Source: Adineta vaga | Taxonomy: Eukaryota > Animalia > Rotifera | Assembly: GCA_021613535.1 (NCBI GenBank) | Contig: CP075492.1 | Location: 11,904,001 to 11,968,000 of the forward strand | DNA: 64,000 nucleotides | Direction of reading: 5' to 3' | Part shown: piece after piece, positions 10,586 through 24,927 of the stretch | Layout of the letters: the number at the start of each line of letters is the position of its first letter | Numbering within the stretch: the stretch's first letter is position 1 | Translations under genes and position numbers: made by a program | The notes under the pieces: model-generated | What the model was told of the DNA's origin: nothing | Database searches by the model: none | What the model saw: the letters and a program-made list of their open reading frames with translations, nothing else

Positions 10586-13500
10586 TTATTTAAATGACCA
10601 TAAGGCTATGAGCAAGATAAACATGATATTAAAGCATGGATATTCTTTGGATGACATGTTATGATACAGAAGACTAGTATCTGGATTGTAAACTGAAAGA
10701 AAAAAATGTTATTCACAGGTAAAGAAATCATACAAATGGAAAGAAAATACATACGTATTAAAAGTCGTCCATTTTCATCTATTTAGAAATAAAGAGAAAA
10801 AAAAAGAGTTATATTCAAGTAAACAAGATATTTAGATCTGAATTTATTCAGTTCAAGAGCTTCAATATTAATCTTTTCGTACGTGTCTGATAAAGACAAG
10901 AAAACTTACCAAATCGAAATTCTTTTTCTGGTGATGAATATTTTCCTTCACCTCCAAGTGACCATGCTTGAACACGTAATTTGTAATTACGATTTTTATA
11001 TAAATTATCAATGGTAACTTTATATTTCGATCCATCAACATAATAAATCGAAGCGTTTCGAATTGATTGATAATGTTCCCAAACTTTTACCTAGAAAAAG
11101 AAATATTATCTTACTTTCATATCGTTTCGACATAAACATCTTCTCCTTACCATATAACCTTCTAAAGGTTCTTCATCTGATGATGTAGATATACCTCGCC
11201 ATTCGATTTCTAATTTGTACATATAGAGATCACCAAACAATCTGACACGTCTGTCTTTTTCTCGTACTGGTTGTCGAATAGATACATATTGTGGCGGAAT
11301 AAGTGGTGGTAAACGGAATGTTCGATGTGAAAATATACTACTTTCAGGACCATCACCAAATTGTGTATAAACAGAAACGCGAACAGCATATTCAAGATTC
11401 GATTCAAGACCAATAATAATAGCACGAGAACGTTGACCAGGAAAACGACGTTCCCAAAAATTTTGAAGTTCATCAAGATCTTTGCGCCAATAGCGAACAT
11501 TATAACCTAGAAAGAAAATATATTCTATCATTGTAAACTGCATTACATTTTATATTTACCAAGTAAGCGACCACGTAACACGGCAAAATCATTTTCATCT
11601 ATCATATCCCACGTAACAGTCATAGCTGTACTATTGTATGGAGAACATTTTACATTAAGAACTTGTCGTGCTGGACGATCCTCAGCTGAACGTACTGTAA
11701 TATTTCCCGATACAGGTCCTTCACCAAGAGCATTTACTGCTGCAATACGAACATTGTATGGAAAATAATAAAGTTTATCAGATCTAGTTTAGGAAAGAAA
11801 AAGAAGAATAACAATAAGTTGAAAAACAAAATTTCTCTTGGTTTTTATCTTACAGATGTGTAATAAAGAAATTTCGTAGCGGATCATGTACAATATAAGT
11901 TTGTTGTCGATTTTCACCTTGTTTTTGTATATAAATTCGATAAGTAAGATTTGGTCCATTCCAAAAATCCATTGGTAGTGGATCCCATACAACACGTAAA
12001 TCTCCTACTTTTCCACCGCCACCACCTAATCGTGCTGGAGCTAAACCGGGAACATCTGGTTGAGTAACGCAGGGCGGTGAAACTTCTGATCGTTCACCTG
12101 ATCCATATATGTTTGTTCCAAAAATACGAAAACGATAATCTGTAAATGCAGAGAGACCAGTTAAAGTCATAGTTACGACTTTATTTGCTGGAATCGGAAG
12201 AGTAAAATTTCCATGAAAAATCCACCACGACCGATGATTAGATAAAGATTCAACCGTAAAATGTAATAATGGTGCACCATGATCATTACCGACAACCCAA
12301 GATAATGTTACTTGGCGTTGAAATGGTTGGGTACATCGTACACCAGCCATTGGGCCTGGTGGACCAAAGACATTCAATTGATAGGATGAAGATTTTTCAT
12401 CAACAGTGGTTTGTGCAACACATGTATATCGTCCTGCATTACTATATTGAGCTTGAACAATACGTAAATCACCAGGACGATCAGGATTATCTTGACGAAA
12501 ACGTCTATTATCAATAGTTAAAATTTCATTATTAAATCGCCAGTAGAATGTTAAATCCATTTGATTCATTGAACGAGCATCACATGGAATAATAATCGTT
12601 TGATTTAGAATAACATCTCGTCCACCTGGTGTTGAAATAATAGTTGTACCTTCTGGCATTACATAGACAAATGTACTTTGTTGTGCAACACCAAAGATAT
12701 TAGTTCCCATACATGAATAATTACCTAAAAATATAAACATGAAATTTTTCTTTTATTCTTATCCTATACAAAAAATACTCGTCTATTCATCTTTCAGACT
12801 GATAACAGAAATCTTAATATATTCTCATCTTACCAGCATCAGGCAATTGAATATTGGTAATGGCTAAGTTTCCATTGGGAAATACTTGTACATTTCCGCC
12901 GACAGCTAATGGTACATTATTTTTAAACCAACGTATTTCTGGTCGTGGTGCACCTTCTGGATTACAAACAATTGTAACTAATCCTCCAACAGTTGATCGT
13001 AATGTTGATGCCATTGTATTCTTACCAAATGTCGGTGCTAATGTAATAACACGTAATTCTGCTGTACTAAAACGTTGAACATTATTTTGTGTATTTGTCG
13101 CTGCACATTGATAAATTCCATTATCAAATGGTTGGACATTATTAATCATAATAAGATTATTGGTTATGGTTAAACGTTGTTTTTGTACTAAAGTTAAACG
13201 ATCCCAAATGATTTCTGTTCCATTAATAAACCATGAATAACGTAATTGATTTAAGTCATTTGGATATGCTTCACAGTACCACGAAAGTGTTGTACCAACA
13301 TCAAGAACTTGATCATCAAGAGGTACAACAAAAACAGGATCTATTTGTACTTGTAATGAAACAGATTGAAAAACAACAGCACGAGTATTGGATGCTTCAC
13401 AACGATATAAACCCATATCATCACGTTGTAAATTAGGAATGATTAATTCACGATTAAAATTCAATAGAATTACTTTGTTTTGTAATGAAAATAAATTACC

Positions 13501-15391
13501 CGATTCATCTTCACGAAACCATCGATAAGTTGGAACAGGATAACCTTCAGCAATACATTCAATGGAAGCATTTTCACCTAATTTCGGTAATCGGGTCGTA
13601 GGAAACACATGTGGAAAATTTGGAAAAATACGTGGACTACGTTCTTGACCAAATGTAGAACGAACATCTAATTCTGTTCCTTCACTCGTTTGTGATGGTA
13701 AGTAACGAAGATGAAAATTTTCAGCTTGAACAGCACAATAATATTTGCCCGAATCGCCATCGGTAACACGTGAAAAATATAAATTTCCATTTCGTGATAT
13801 AAAACGTTCAGCTGTTTGTTGTACTTTCTGATTGATAGCACCTTTGAACCATGCATATCTAAGCTAGAAAGAGAGAATTTCGTTTGAAGAGAATTTTACA
13901 AAACATATTCAGGTATTTACATCTCCAGTATTGGTGTTTTTATATAAACAATCAATGATAGCATCACGATGACCATCGGCAATAACTTTTGGTCGTTCGC
14001 GTTTTTCAAATTGGCCCAATGCTACAATGAAAATAGTGATATAAATTTCAAAATGAACTCATTAGATTGCTATTATATAATACAAAAAAGAAACATGTAT
14101 ATATAACTTACTTATTTCTCGCAAATAAACACGATTACTAATTGCTGTACCAAAGTAATTGTTTGCTTTACAGAAATATGTTCCACTATCATCACTCGTT
14201 GGATTGTTCATCTAAATATTCCATCAATGATCAACCTAATTTTCATTAAAAAGACAATCTTTACCATTAAATTTCCACCATGTTGAAAATATCGTGGATC
14301 ATTGAGATTCACGAGAACAGCTTCTGATATCACACCACTTGTCATTCGAAACCAACTAGAGAAAGAGAATAGAATGTAATTACAGTCACTATAAATTAGC
14401 ATATACGTACTAATAATCCGCAACGGGATAAGCATCAGCTCGACATGTTAATGTCACAACGATGGATATGGATAATTTACTAATACCAAATGTACTACCA
14501 CTACCAAGTGTAATTTGATCGATGCGACCGAATTCTTGATCATGTGGTTGTTCATAGAATTTCGGCGCTCGAGGAACAAAACGTTGTTCAATATTTGATG
14601 GAAGACCATATTCTACAAATAACTCAATTATTAAAACAAAGATATTTTCAGACATATCGGAACCTACCTATGCCTCGATAATTAGTCATAACACCATAGG
14701 TTTCACGAATAGGAACTTCACAAATGAAGGGGAGAGTTTCTCCTGGTGATATATCATATGGTAACCAACCCCATTGACTACCTAGAAATATAGCAAGAAA
14801 AAAAAAACAAATTAGGTCAAAATAAAAAAAATGACTAATTACGTACTTTGATAAGCATAGACAAGAAATGATCGTATACGTTGTTCCTGTTCCGTACGTG
14901 GTAGCCATCCTTGATCGAATTGTAAATTTAATAAACCCGTTGATTTTGCCCATTGCCAAAATGGGCCATTACGTCGACCACTTGTAATCCAACGTTGTGT
15001 TGATGGATCATTGATATTTAACCAATCTTGCACGAACAAATGTTCTGGCAATGATTCGACGCTCAAAAGACTTGTCTAAAAGCATATCTTATAAGAAAAA
15101 AAGAAGGACATTGAACTAAATCAACTGACCTGACAAAGAGCAGCAGCATTATCATAACTGGCTTTTGGATAACGAACAAAACGATAGCATGAAGCCGTGC
15201 CAATAAATTCCTTCCACCCGTATGGACATTCTTTTATGTTAGAAAAAAAACATAACAATTAGAGAGAGGTCATCACATGCATCGAGCATTATCATCTGTT
15301 AGTTAAAGAATTTTTATTACTTACCAAGAACTTGGGCAAAGGTAAGCGGTTGAAGAAAAACAGCGAACAAAGAGATGAGATGAATAATCAT
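10586..15391 (-). CDS. Cont: Contactin (C-type lectin + Ig domains + FN3 domains, GPI-type tail)
   Basis: Signal peptide at ATG 15391; CTL domain (ECPYGW..CYRF..FICE); Ig repeats (CRADAYP, CIAEGYP, CNPEGAP, DMGLYRC, NAGRYTC); FN3 repeats with the contactin hallmark GGGGKVGDLRVVWDPL; hydrophobic C-terminus. Architecture matches invertebrate Contactin. Confidence 0.92.
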
Positions 15392-16591
15392 CTGTAATAC
15401 AAAGAGAGAAAAATACAGTTTCAAGTTTCAATGCTCATGCACATTTTCAAACTATCAATGACCTTGTTCGTTTATTTGTTCTGTTTGAAAGGACACTATG
15501 TACGAGGTGAGAAAGGTATAGTTTGGATGAATTGATCTTATTTGATAAAAGTTATAACCGATAGAGGGCGTTCATACTAAGTTGAGTTCATTGTTTGACA
15601 TTGAAAAAGCTATAGTCGTCAAAAGAATGAAACTCGCAATGGATCTGATATGAACGATACTTTTCAACAATCAGATTGAATTGTGTAAATTATATTTGAG
15701 TTTTTACTATTATTGATTAAGATTTCATTTATCGATCTAATCGATCGAATGTATAATTCAATTTCTATAACATCGTCTCTAGTATTTTTATCTCGTATGG
15801 TTGTCTATCATGATAGAAAAATATAATTCTATATAATATGTTGTAGTTTTTAATTTGTTCAAGTGTAAAATATATGGATATTTATTACATTGACTTCTAA
15901 AGTGTCATAGCCTTTTACTATTGTTTATTGAATAATATAGGTGCAACTAAAATGATTTATCAGAGTTCGTTTTATATGTTTTTGATCATTGGCAACATGA
16001 TGTATGAGTAATAAAATACTTGATTCATGAACAATATCCATCGCAATTTTGACGAAAAAGAAATGTATATAAATCTAAATGATTATTTTCGTAGATGTCT
16101 TCTCGTTTTGTTATATCAATAATTGACTAGTCATTAATAGAGATTAGTCTTATTTCTTAATCGATCTGAATCCAGTAAGAGACTTTCTTGTTGATTTTCG
16201 CTTATATTTATCCAAATGATAAATCAATCTGTAGTAATCCTTAACATCGAACACTCTATTATTTGATTAATTGTTACAGACAGCAACTCCTGAAACGAGA
16301 AAAAAAAGAAAGAAACAATGAGACGATACAAAACAAACTATTCTCTCGTGTTTATAGACATATATGTATATCTAGAGAAGCAACGAAATTAATTGATGAT
16401 ACGTGCGTATCTTAATGATTTGTTAGTTATTAGGTGTGGTTTTGTTGATTGAATGGATTAAAAGAGCAAAAGGAAGTATACGACATGAACTATTCAACAG
16501 AGACGAAAAAAGTATGACAACGATCACTAGTCGCATCATTTCCCGAAATGTTTAATCTCGAAAATTGATTACGTTTTATATTAATTTTGAA

Positions 16592-19500
16592 ATGCCACAT
16601 TTACTTCATCATCCACTGCCGCCGCCGCCACCACCACCACCACCTCATTCTCTTCTTCCTCCTTCTGTACTACCACTACCACCACCGTCCCCCTTCGAAT
16701 CTACTCCACCGATTCCCCCACGAACTCGCTCACGTCCCGCATCTCAACAACAAACTAGCATTATAACATCTAAACATCAAAAGACAAGTTTTCTTTGTCT
16801 TGATGATCTTCCATCACCTGACCGTGAATGGCAATTATTTGAAAATATTGGTGATGGAACATATGGAGAAGTCTTTCGTGTAATGAACGCTAGATTCATT
16901 GATTTCTTCATCTTCATATTTCATTGTTTTTTGTTTTAGGCAAAAAATATCCGTTATCCAGATTTTAATGCTGCTGTTAAAATTATGCATCCAACGAATG
17001 AAGTTCTCGAAGAGATCGAACAAGAATATCGTGTTCTTCTTCAACTTTCAAATCATGAAAATCTTTGTCGATTTTATGGTGCTTATCTAAAACGTGCTCC
17101 AGCTCCACCGTTACCACCTCCACGAACTCCAATTACATCTCCTGCAGTACCTCGCGATAAAACAAGTCTTCTTTCAATTGATACAAATTCTGTCAATAGT
17201 TTTGTCAATCCTTCGGCAGCGTGTCAACTTGATCAACTATGGTTAGTCATGGAATTATGTACAAGTGGTAGTGTTACTGATTTAGCTAAATCAATGCTCA
17301 AAGCAAATCAACGTCTTGAAGAATCAATTATTGCTTATATTATTCGTGAAACATTAAAGGCTTTACATCATCTTCATTCAAATAATGTTGTTCATCGAGA
17401 TGTTAAAGGTCATAATATCTTAATAACAGGAGATGGTCACATAAAATTAATTGATTTCGGCGTTAGTGCCTATCTTGATCCGAATCGGGGACGACGAAAT
17501 ACGTCTGTAGGTACACCATTTTTTATGGCACCCGAAGTTATTGTTTGTGAAAGACAAATGGATTGTGATTATGATACACGTTCAGATGTTTGGTCCACGG
17601 GTATTACAGCAATTGAAATCGCCGAAGGTATGGAATAAATTCTTTCGCTATGAACGAAACTTCTGTTGATTTGAATTCTAACTATCTTTCATTCTCATAG
17701 GTGAACCTCCACTTGCTGAAATGCACCCAATGCGTGCACTTGTTTCTATTCCACGAAATCCACCACCGTGTTTACGTCAATCACAAGAATGGTCAAAAGA
17801 ATTCAATGATTTCATTCGGCAATGTTTAATTAAAAATTTTGAAATTCGACCAACAGTTGCACAAATGTTAAATCATCCATTTGTTATTCGCATACCTATC
17901 GATGGCATTGAAGCTCGTCGTTCGATTGTTCAAATTGTTCAACGTTATAAACGTTGTTATGATTTATGTGTAAAGAAAACTAGTCGTGAAACATGTGGAG
18001 TTAAAAATGGACATATTCGAGGTAAATCAGAAACATGTTCATCAGTAGCTATTGAAGCAGCAATCATACATTCACCTGCTATTGAACCAATTGCTCCACC
18101 ATCGAAACGAATGTTACAAATGATTAATAAACCAAATGAAAGTCATAAACGACCAGCTCCACCACCACCACCACCACCAGCACCACTACTAACATCGTCA
18201 TCAGTTTCCAATGATAATTGTAAAACAAAACGAAAATCTCAATCTCGACGACATCAAAAACAAATTCAAGATGAAAATCGTGCAGCACAAGTTTATTTAT
18301 ATGATAGAAATTCGGAAGATGCATTAGTTTGTCATCCATCCTTAAGTAAAAAATCAAATAATAAACATTTTTATAATTCAACATATGATTCAGTTTATCC
18401 AATTAATTCCATAACAACCGATGATTTAGCACAATTAGAAACATTTGATGAACAATCAATTATGACACATATGTATAATCGATTTTTATCCAATCAAATT
18501 TATACTTATATTGGGGATATTCTTGTAGTAAGTTTTCTGAACAACGAATGGTTACATTAGAGATTTCAAAGATAACAGAGAACTTTAAAATACTTTTTGT
18601 TTAGGCTGTCAATCCATTTCGTTCATTACCAATCTACAATAAAGATGTAATGAATCGTTATCGTTCAAGTATCAAAAGTGAACAACCACCACATATCTAT
18701 GCCTTAGCTGATTTAACCTATCAAGCCATGTTACATGATTTAGAAAATCAATTTATCGTCATCTCAGGTGAAAGTGGTTCAGGTAAAACTCAATCAGCTA
18801 ATTTTCTTGTTAAACAATTAACATATCTTGGTAATGCACCAAGTAAAAGTTTACAAGAAAAAATTCTTCAAATCAATCCATTAATCGAAGGATTTGGTAA
18901 TGCACGAACGATTATTAATGATAATTCTTCTCGTTTTGGAAAGTATCTCGAAATGTTATTTACTAAACAAGGTCGTGTTACGGGTGCACGTTTATCCGAA
19001 TATTTATTAGAAAAAACTCGTGTTGTCAATCAAGGAAATGGTGAAAGAAATTTTCATATTTTTTATTATTTATATCATGGTTTAGCTTCATCATTACCGA
19101 ATGATAAACAAGCTTTCTATCTATCAAAAAATCAAACGTATCGTTATATGAAAACAGATCGAGATGATGAACATCAATTTTCGGAAATTTTCAAAGAAAA
19201 ATTTCGAGCAATTGAAAAATGTTTTGAAATTATTGGTTTTCAATTAGATGAAGTGAAATCAATCTATCGAATTTTAGCTGGACTTTTACATTTAGGAAAT
19301 ATTAATTTTCATCAAAATGAAGGACATTTTATTGATGGAAAAACATGTTTAACGGATGGTTATTTACTAAATATTATTTGTGAATTATTTGGTTTGGATA
19401 TGGCTGAATTAGATTTAGCATTAACAACATGTAATATTGTCACACGAGGTGAAACAATTCAACGTTCAACAACATTACAAGAATCACAATCGACCAGAGA

Positions 19501-22500
19501 TGCAATGGCAAAAGCACGTAAGTTATATAAGACATTCATCATCGATGTTAACTAAATTTTCAACAATTGTTTTTTAGTTTATAATCGTCTATTTTCTTGG
19601 ATTGTCAATCAAATCTCAGCTTTGCTTTCACCATCAACAAATAATACAAATAATCTTTTTCGTCCAATAATCGACGAAGATTCCAGTATACAATCCTATT
19701 CATTCAATAATTACAATACCAATAATAATAATAATCACGACGATCAAAGTGAAAATGAAGTTGATGAAAATTTTGAAGATGACTATGATAAAGCTAATCC
19801 AAATGTGACAATGGTTACTTCATTTCCTCCACCAACCGTTATGTGTGCTATGCGTCGAACATTAGATTATCTTGATATGACACCATCGTCATCATCATTT
19901 CTACTTCAATTACAGCAATCTGAAGATGATTATGATGATGATGACGATGATTTTGATGAAGAATTGTTAAATACAAACAACAATAACAATGCTAGTAATA
20001 CGCCATCGCCAACTCCATCACAGATTTCAAATCCGAATAAATCAAATAATCAACGAAAATTAAATTTAATCAATGACTTGAATAATAAACCCGTTCAAAA
20101 TCTCATTGATAATTGGACAAAAGCGGTTGCTGCATCATCTAATTGGATTCCATCTATTGAAAATAAAACATTTGGACGCTTAAATCAATCGAATCGTGCA
20201 ATAAGTGAAACAAATCTATTATTACGAAAGAAAACTGTGGAAAGTAATGTTAAAAAACATTATCAATCGACTAGTAATCTATGTAATAATGTTAAACCAT
20301 CAACAAATTCATCATTGAAACAAGAATCAAATCTTGAATTTCATCAAGATCAAGATGCATTGAAAATTGCTATTTTAGATATTTTTGGTTTTGAAAATTT
20401 TTCAACTAATTCTTTTGAACAATTATGTATTAATATTGCCAATGAACAAATTCAATATTATTTTAATCAACATGTTTTTGCATGTGAAAGACAAGAATAT
20501 ATTAGTGAAAATTTACCTGTATTACCATTACCAGCAAAAATGGATTTTACATTTTATGATAATAGACCATTATTAGATATGTTTCTGAATAAACCAGTAA
20601 GTTACCATGATTTCGTTTTTTCATATGGATACAAAATATTCATTGAGAAATTCGTGAATTTAGGTCGGAATTTTGGCATTAATTGATGAAGAAAGTCGTT
20701 TTCCAAAAGCAACTGATTTTACTCTTGTCGATAAATTGAACGCAAACTTTTCCACTTCTCCAATGTTTATTCGTTCCAAATCTAGTTTTTCATCTAGTTC
20801 AATATCTTCTTCTTCATCTTCAACACATCAATCGATTCCATCATTTTCCATCATGCATTTTGCTGGACAAGTTCAATATGATGCTCGAAGTTTTCTCGAG
20901 AAAAATCGTGATTATTTAGCACCAGAAATCATACAAATTTTACGTTCATCACGTGTACAATTAATCAGTTCATTATTTCAATTACCATCATCAAAAATTG
21001 GTACATTACAAGAACCTGAACATTCACGATATGCATCTGAAACAAATCTCGATCTAACAAATACATTAATACCATTAAATGCCAGTCATAACCGTGTTCA
21101 AGCAACTGTTAGTACGTATTTTCGTTATTCATTAACAGATCTCTTCTCAAAAATGACGCATGGTTCACCGAAATTTGTTCGTTGTTTTAAACCAAATAAT
21201 GAACGAATCCCTGGTTGTTTCGATACACAAACTGTTCTGGAACAATTGAAATATAGTGGTATTCTAGCAGGTTAGTATTCATGTATCTCGAAGAGAATTA
21301 CATTAATTCAATTTTATAGCGGCAAAAATTCGTCGTTTTGGTTATTCACATCGGATTCCTATTGCTACATTTATTCAACGCTATGGCATTCTTGTTTATC
21401 CTGCAACAAGTGATCTGCCATTAACACGAGAAATATGTGAGAATATTTTAAATAAATTAAAATTGCAAAATTGGATAATTGGTTTGTATTTATCTCTTTG
21501 AGTTTTATCTTTTCTCAATGAATGATTTCTTTTTAAATATAGGAAAAAGTAAAGTTTTCTTGAAATATTATCATGCTGAACAATTAACACATATCTATTC
21601 GGAAATGATCAATGCGATTGTAACTATTCAATCTTTTGTTCGTATGCGTATGGCACGTGTCTCTTTCAAACATCGTCATTATAAACATTCCAATGATATG
21701 ATGATTCAAGAACTTCATCGACATCCGAAATTTTCACGCGTTTGTGTTTTATTCTAAACATTTCTGAAGAATAAAATTCGTTTGTTTTTTCTTTTCTTTA
21801 GTCAATCATTGATAATGAATATTCAAGAGAAAGTGCAATTATTCTTATTCAATCTTGTATTCGTGGTTATCTTCAACGTCGTCATTTTCATCAATCATTA
21901 AAAGAACCTTTAACACGTGAAACAGCAGCAATTCGAATTCAAAAAGCCTATCGAGGTTATCGATATCGTAAAAGTTTTTATCTTTATGTTCAACGTTTGA
22001 ATAATCAAATGTTTTGTTTCCTTCAACAAATCGAATTAATCAATAACGATTTTTTTATGAAAACAGTTCGAACGAACTATTGTGTACCCATAAAATCCAT
22101 TACAACTTCTCAAACAAATAATAAACATATTCAACATCTTTTTCCACCGCCGCCACCATTACCATTACCATCACCATTGATACATTCCGATGTTATAGTT
22201 CCAATTCATGTTTCATCAATACTTCCGTTACCATCAACATTTGGACTATCTCCATCACGTTCTCATTCAATGTTAACAACTCGTTCGCATCGATCTCCTT
22301 CACCGATTTCATCTGGATCAAAATTTGCTCATGTGCGAGATATGTTTGCTCGCGCTGGTACAACAACAACAACGACAATAACATCAACACTACATACCCC
22401 ATTCCTACAAAGACTTCTCTTCCAACTATATCAACCATTCCAAATTTTGAACAAAGCCGTAGTCCAAAAGCTATTACAGTTTTAAATGCCGTTCAAGAAT

Positions 22501-23263
22501 ATCAAAGACAACACATTAATAATCATCAACCAAACTCCAAACGTTTTACTCAATTTCATAATGGTGTCGTTGCCAATCTCAATCGTTCATCGACTAATGT
22601 TAATTTACGATCACGTAGTGTAGGACAAAATAATAATAATATCAATATCATTAATAATAATAGATATCCAAATAAACAAAATCTACCAGCATATGTAACA
22701 TCATCTCCTAAACAGCAACCAAAGCCGATTACACGGGTAATTTCACAAATATAAAAACAGTTCTAGGCGATTCAGTTCAAGGTCAAAAAGAATATACACT
22801 TTTCAAACAGAATAAAAAAAGATTGTACTTCGACCGATATTTCCCCCTAATTAAATTTTCAAGTTCATTTTTGTTAAAAAAGAAGACAATTTATAGTGAA
22901 AGATTTCAATGATATTTTATGTCATCTAGATAGTTGTTCGATATCCGAATACTTCAAATCTTTCTAATTGATATTTGATTTACAAATAAGATTTCTTTTT
23001 ATATACTTCAGGAACCATCAATGTCTACTCAACCAAAATATGCCTTTCATGTTTTGCTTCGTAAAACGGGACAAGATTTAAGTACTGGTCAAACTTTAAC
23101 TAAACATCGAACTACAAATGAAACGAAACAAATTGATTTTCGTAGTGTACTCAAATCACGACATACATTAAATGGTACAACAGACAATGAAATCATCATT
23201 CGATCGAACAGTTTTTCACATCATTTAAATACAGATAATCGAATGCGAATGAATGATCTTTGA
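16592..23263 (+). CDS. MYO3: Class III myosin (N-terminal STE20-like kinase, motor, 3 IQ, tail); one apparent frameshift near 22400
   Basis: Kinase motifs [22 protein letters not shown]. Motor P-loop [25 protein letters not shown] motifs IQSFVRM, IQSCIRG, IQKAYRG. Tail motifs FHVLLRKTG and IDFRSVLK. Confidence 0.93.
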
Positions 23264-24022
23264 CAATAAAAAGGAACTCAATCTAATCTATATACATCCG
23301 GTATGGATTTCATTATTCATTGACTAAGAAGAAGAAAAGGAAGATCATTTTTTTGTTATCATTAACAAAATACATGTGTGTGAATATTTAATTAGATGAT
23401 CTTCTTTAATTTTGATTTGTATGATTAGTCTAAGATATTTATAAAATCAATAAACATTTCTTCATATTTCCATTTATTAATCTCGATCTATTAGTTCTAT
23501 AAGGTATGTCTTATCGATTGTTACTCAATCTAACTATGTCAAAACCAACATATGTATTTCCACTAGTTCTATTTCATATGACAGGAAGACATATCGGCAA
23601 GGTGGTTGGTATAATACACAAATCAATAACAAGAAATAATCATTTATTTTATATTTCTTTTCTTTCATAACTAGACAAAAAACGGAAAATAATAGAATAT
23701 GTATGTGATTAGTATCGTATACAGATACATGTAGACGCAGTGCAAAACTATTTAGTCTTCTATTCATCATTTTTTTCTCTCGTGGGTGCTTTCTCCAAAA
23801 AAATATTCTGTATCTCTGTGCGTTTCCGCTTGTTATTCTCTTCGTTTTCTCTCTTCTTCTTCTTCTTCTTTTCTCCGAGTGAATAGAGCAGAAGATGTAT
23901 CGTCTTAGAAAGACGAGAGAATATTAGAATCTATCGATACTTTAGTACTTGATAGTTTTTTTCGTCTTCAAAAAAAAACACCAAGAAGAATAGAAATACA
24001 ATTCTTGATAATCTAGATAACC

Positions 24023-24895
24023 ATGGAATATTTACAATGGATATCAGCAAAGCGATCAAGTGTTTGCTTATTCAATCTTCTAATTATCTTTATGATTTTA
24101 TTCGGTAGGTAAAAAGGTTCATGGATTCTTCATTCGAGATTATTTCTATTCTTTTACCGGATGAGTTCTTATTCCTCTTGATTAAAATCCTGGTAAGTAA
24201 TCTCTTATTGATAAGATTATCACGCAATTCTTACATTAACTGACTTGTTATATCGATGATGTTTGAAAAATAGATTTGTCATGTTCGAATGCACCTACTG
24301 TGTTCTATCGACAGCTGTTTCAGTAGCCTGGAGAGTAAATGGCTAGATTTGTCATTTGAAACTGTGCGAAGGACAGAGATAAGAAGAGATCAAGCAGCTG
24401 CATATACATCTCATTACTTTAATATTACTCACTATCTCTTAGGTATCAATAAAATAATACTTGCCGGTTTCTTTTTCTTGAACAGGTGTGAATAAATGTC
24501 AAGATTTTCGATCACCATATGGTGCTCTTATTGACTGTGATAATAATCAAACGCAGATTGATTGCTCTGATGAACAACGTCTTTTATACTATTTAATGAA
24601 GTAAAATAGTCTTTGTTTTGTTTCTTTGTTTGTTTGAAAAATGTTGACTTTTTTTATTTCTATTAGAAATTATTCAAATAGTGTTCGACCAGTAAGAAAT
24701 GCAAGTCAACCAGTCCCAGTCAAATTAGGTTTAACATTGACACAGATATTTGATATGGTTTGTATGAAAAGATCGAGAGAAGAAAACTATGGAAATCTAA
24801 TTTGTTATCATTTGTGTTTAGATTGAAAAAAATCAGATTTTGATTACCAATGTATGGTTAGATCAAGAATGGTAAGTCACTTTTATCTTTTTTTG

Positions 24896-24927
<32 letters not shown>

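Noticed and set aside
11210-13436. Alternative-frame and antisense ORFs overlapping contactin (similar ones overlap myosin III and the 39.5-42.8 kb gene)
   Set aside because: Shadow ORFs produced by codon bias of the real genes.
15314-15330. TTATTACTTACCAAGA resembles my recollection of the bdelloid spliced-leader exon
   Set aside because: The match is imperfect and is fully explained as the minus-strand splice donor (G|GTAAGT) of contactin exon 1. No following GT or Sm site is evident.
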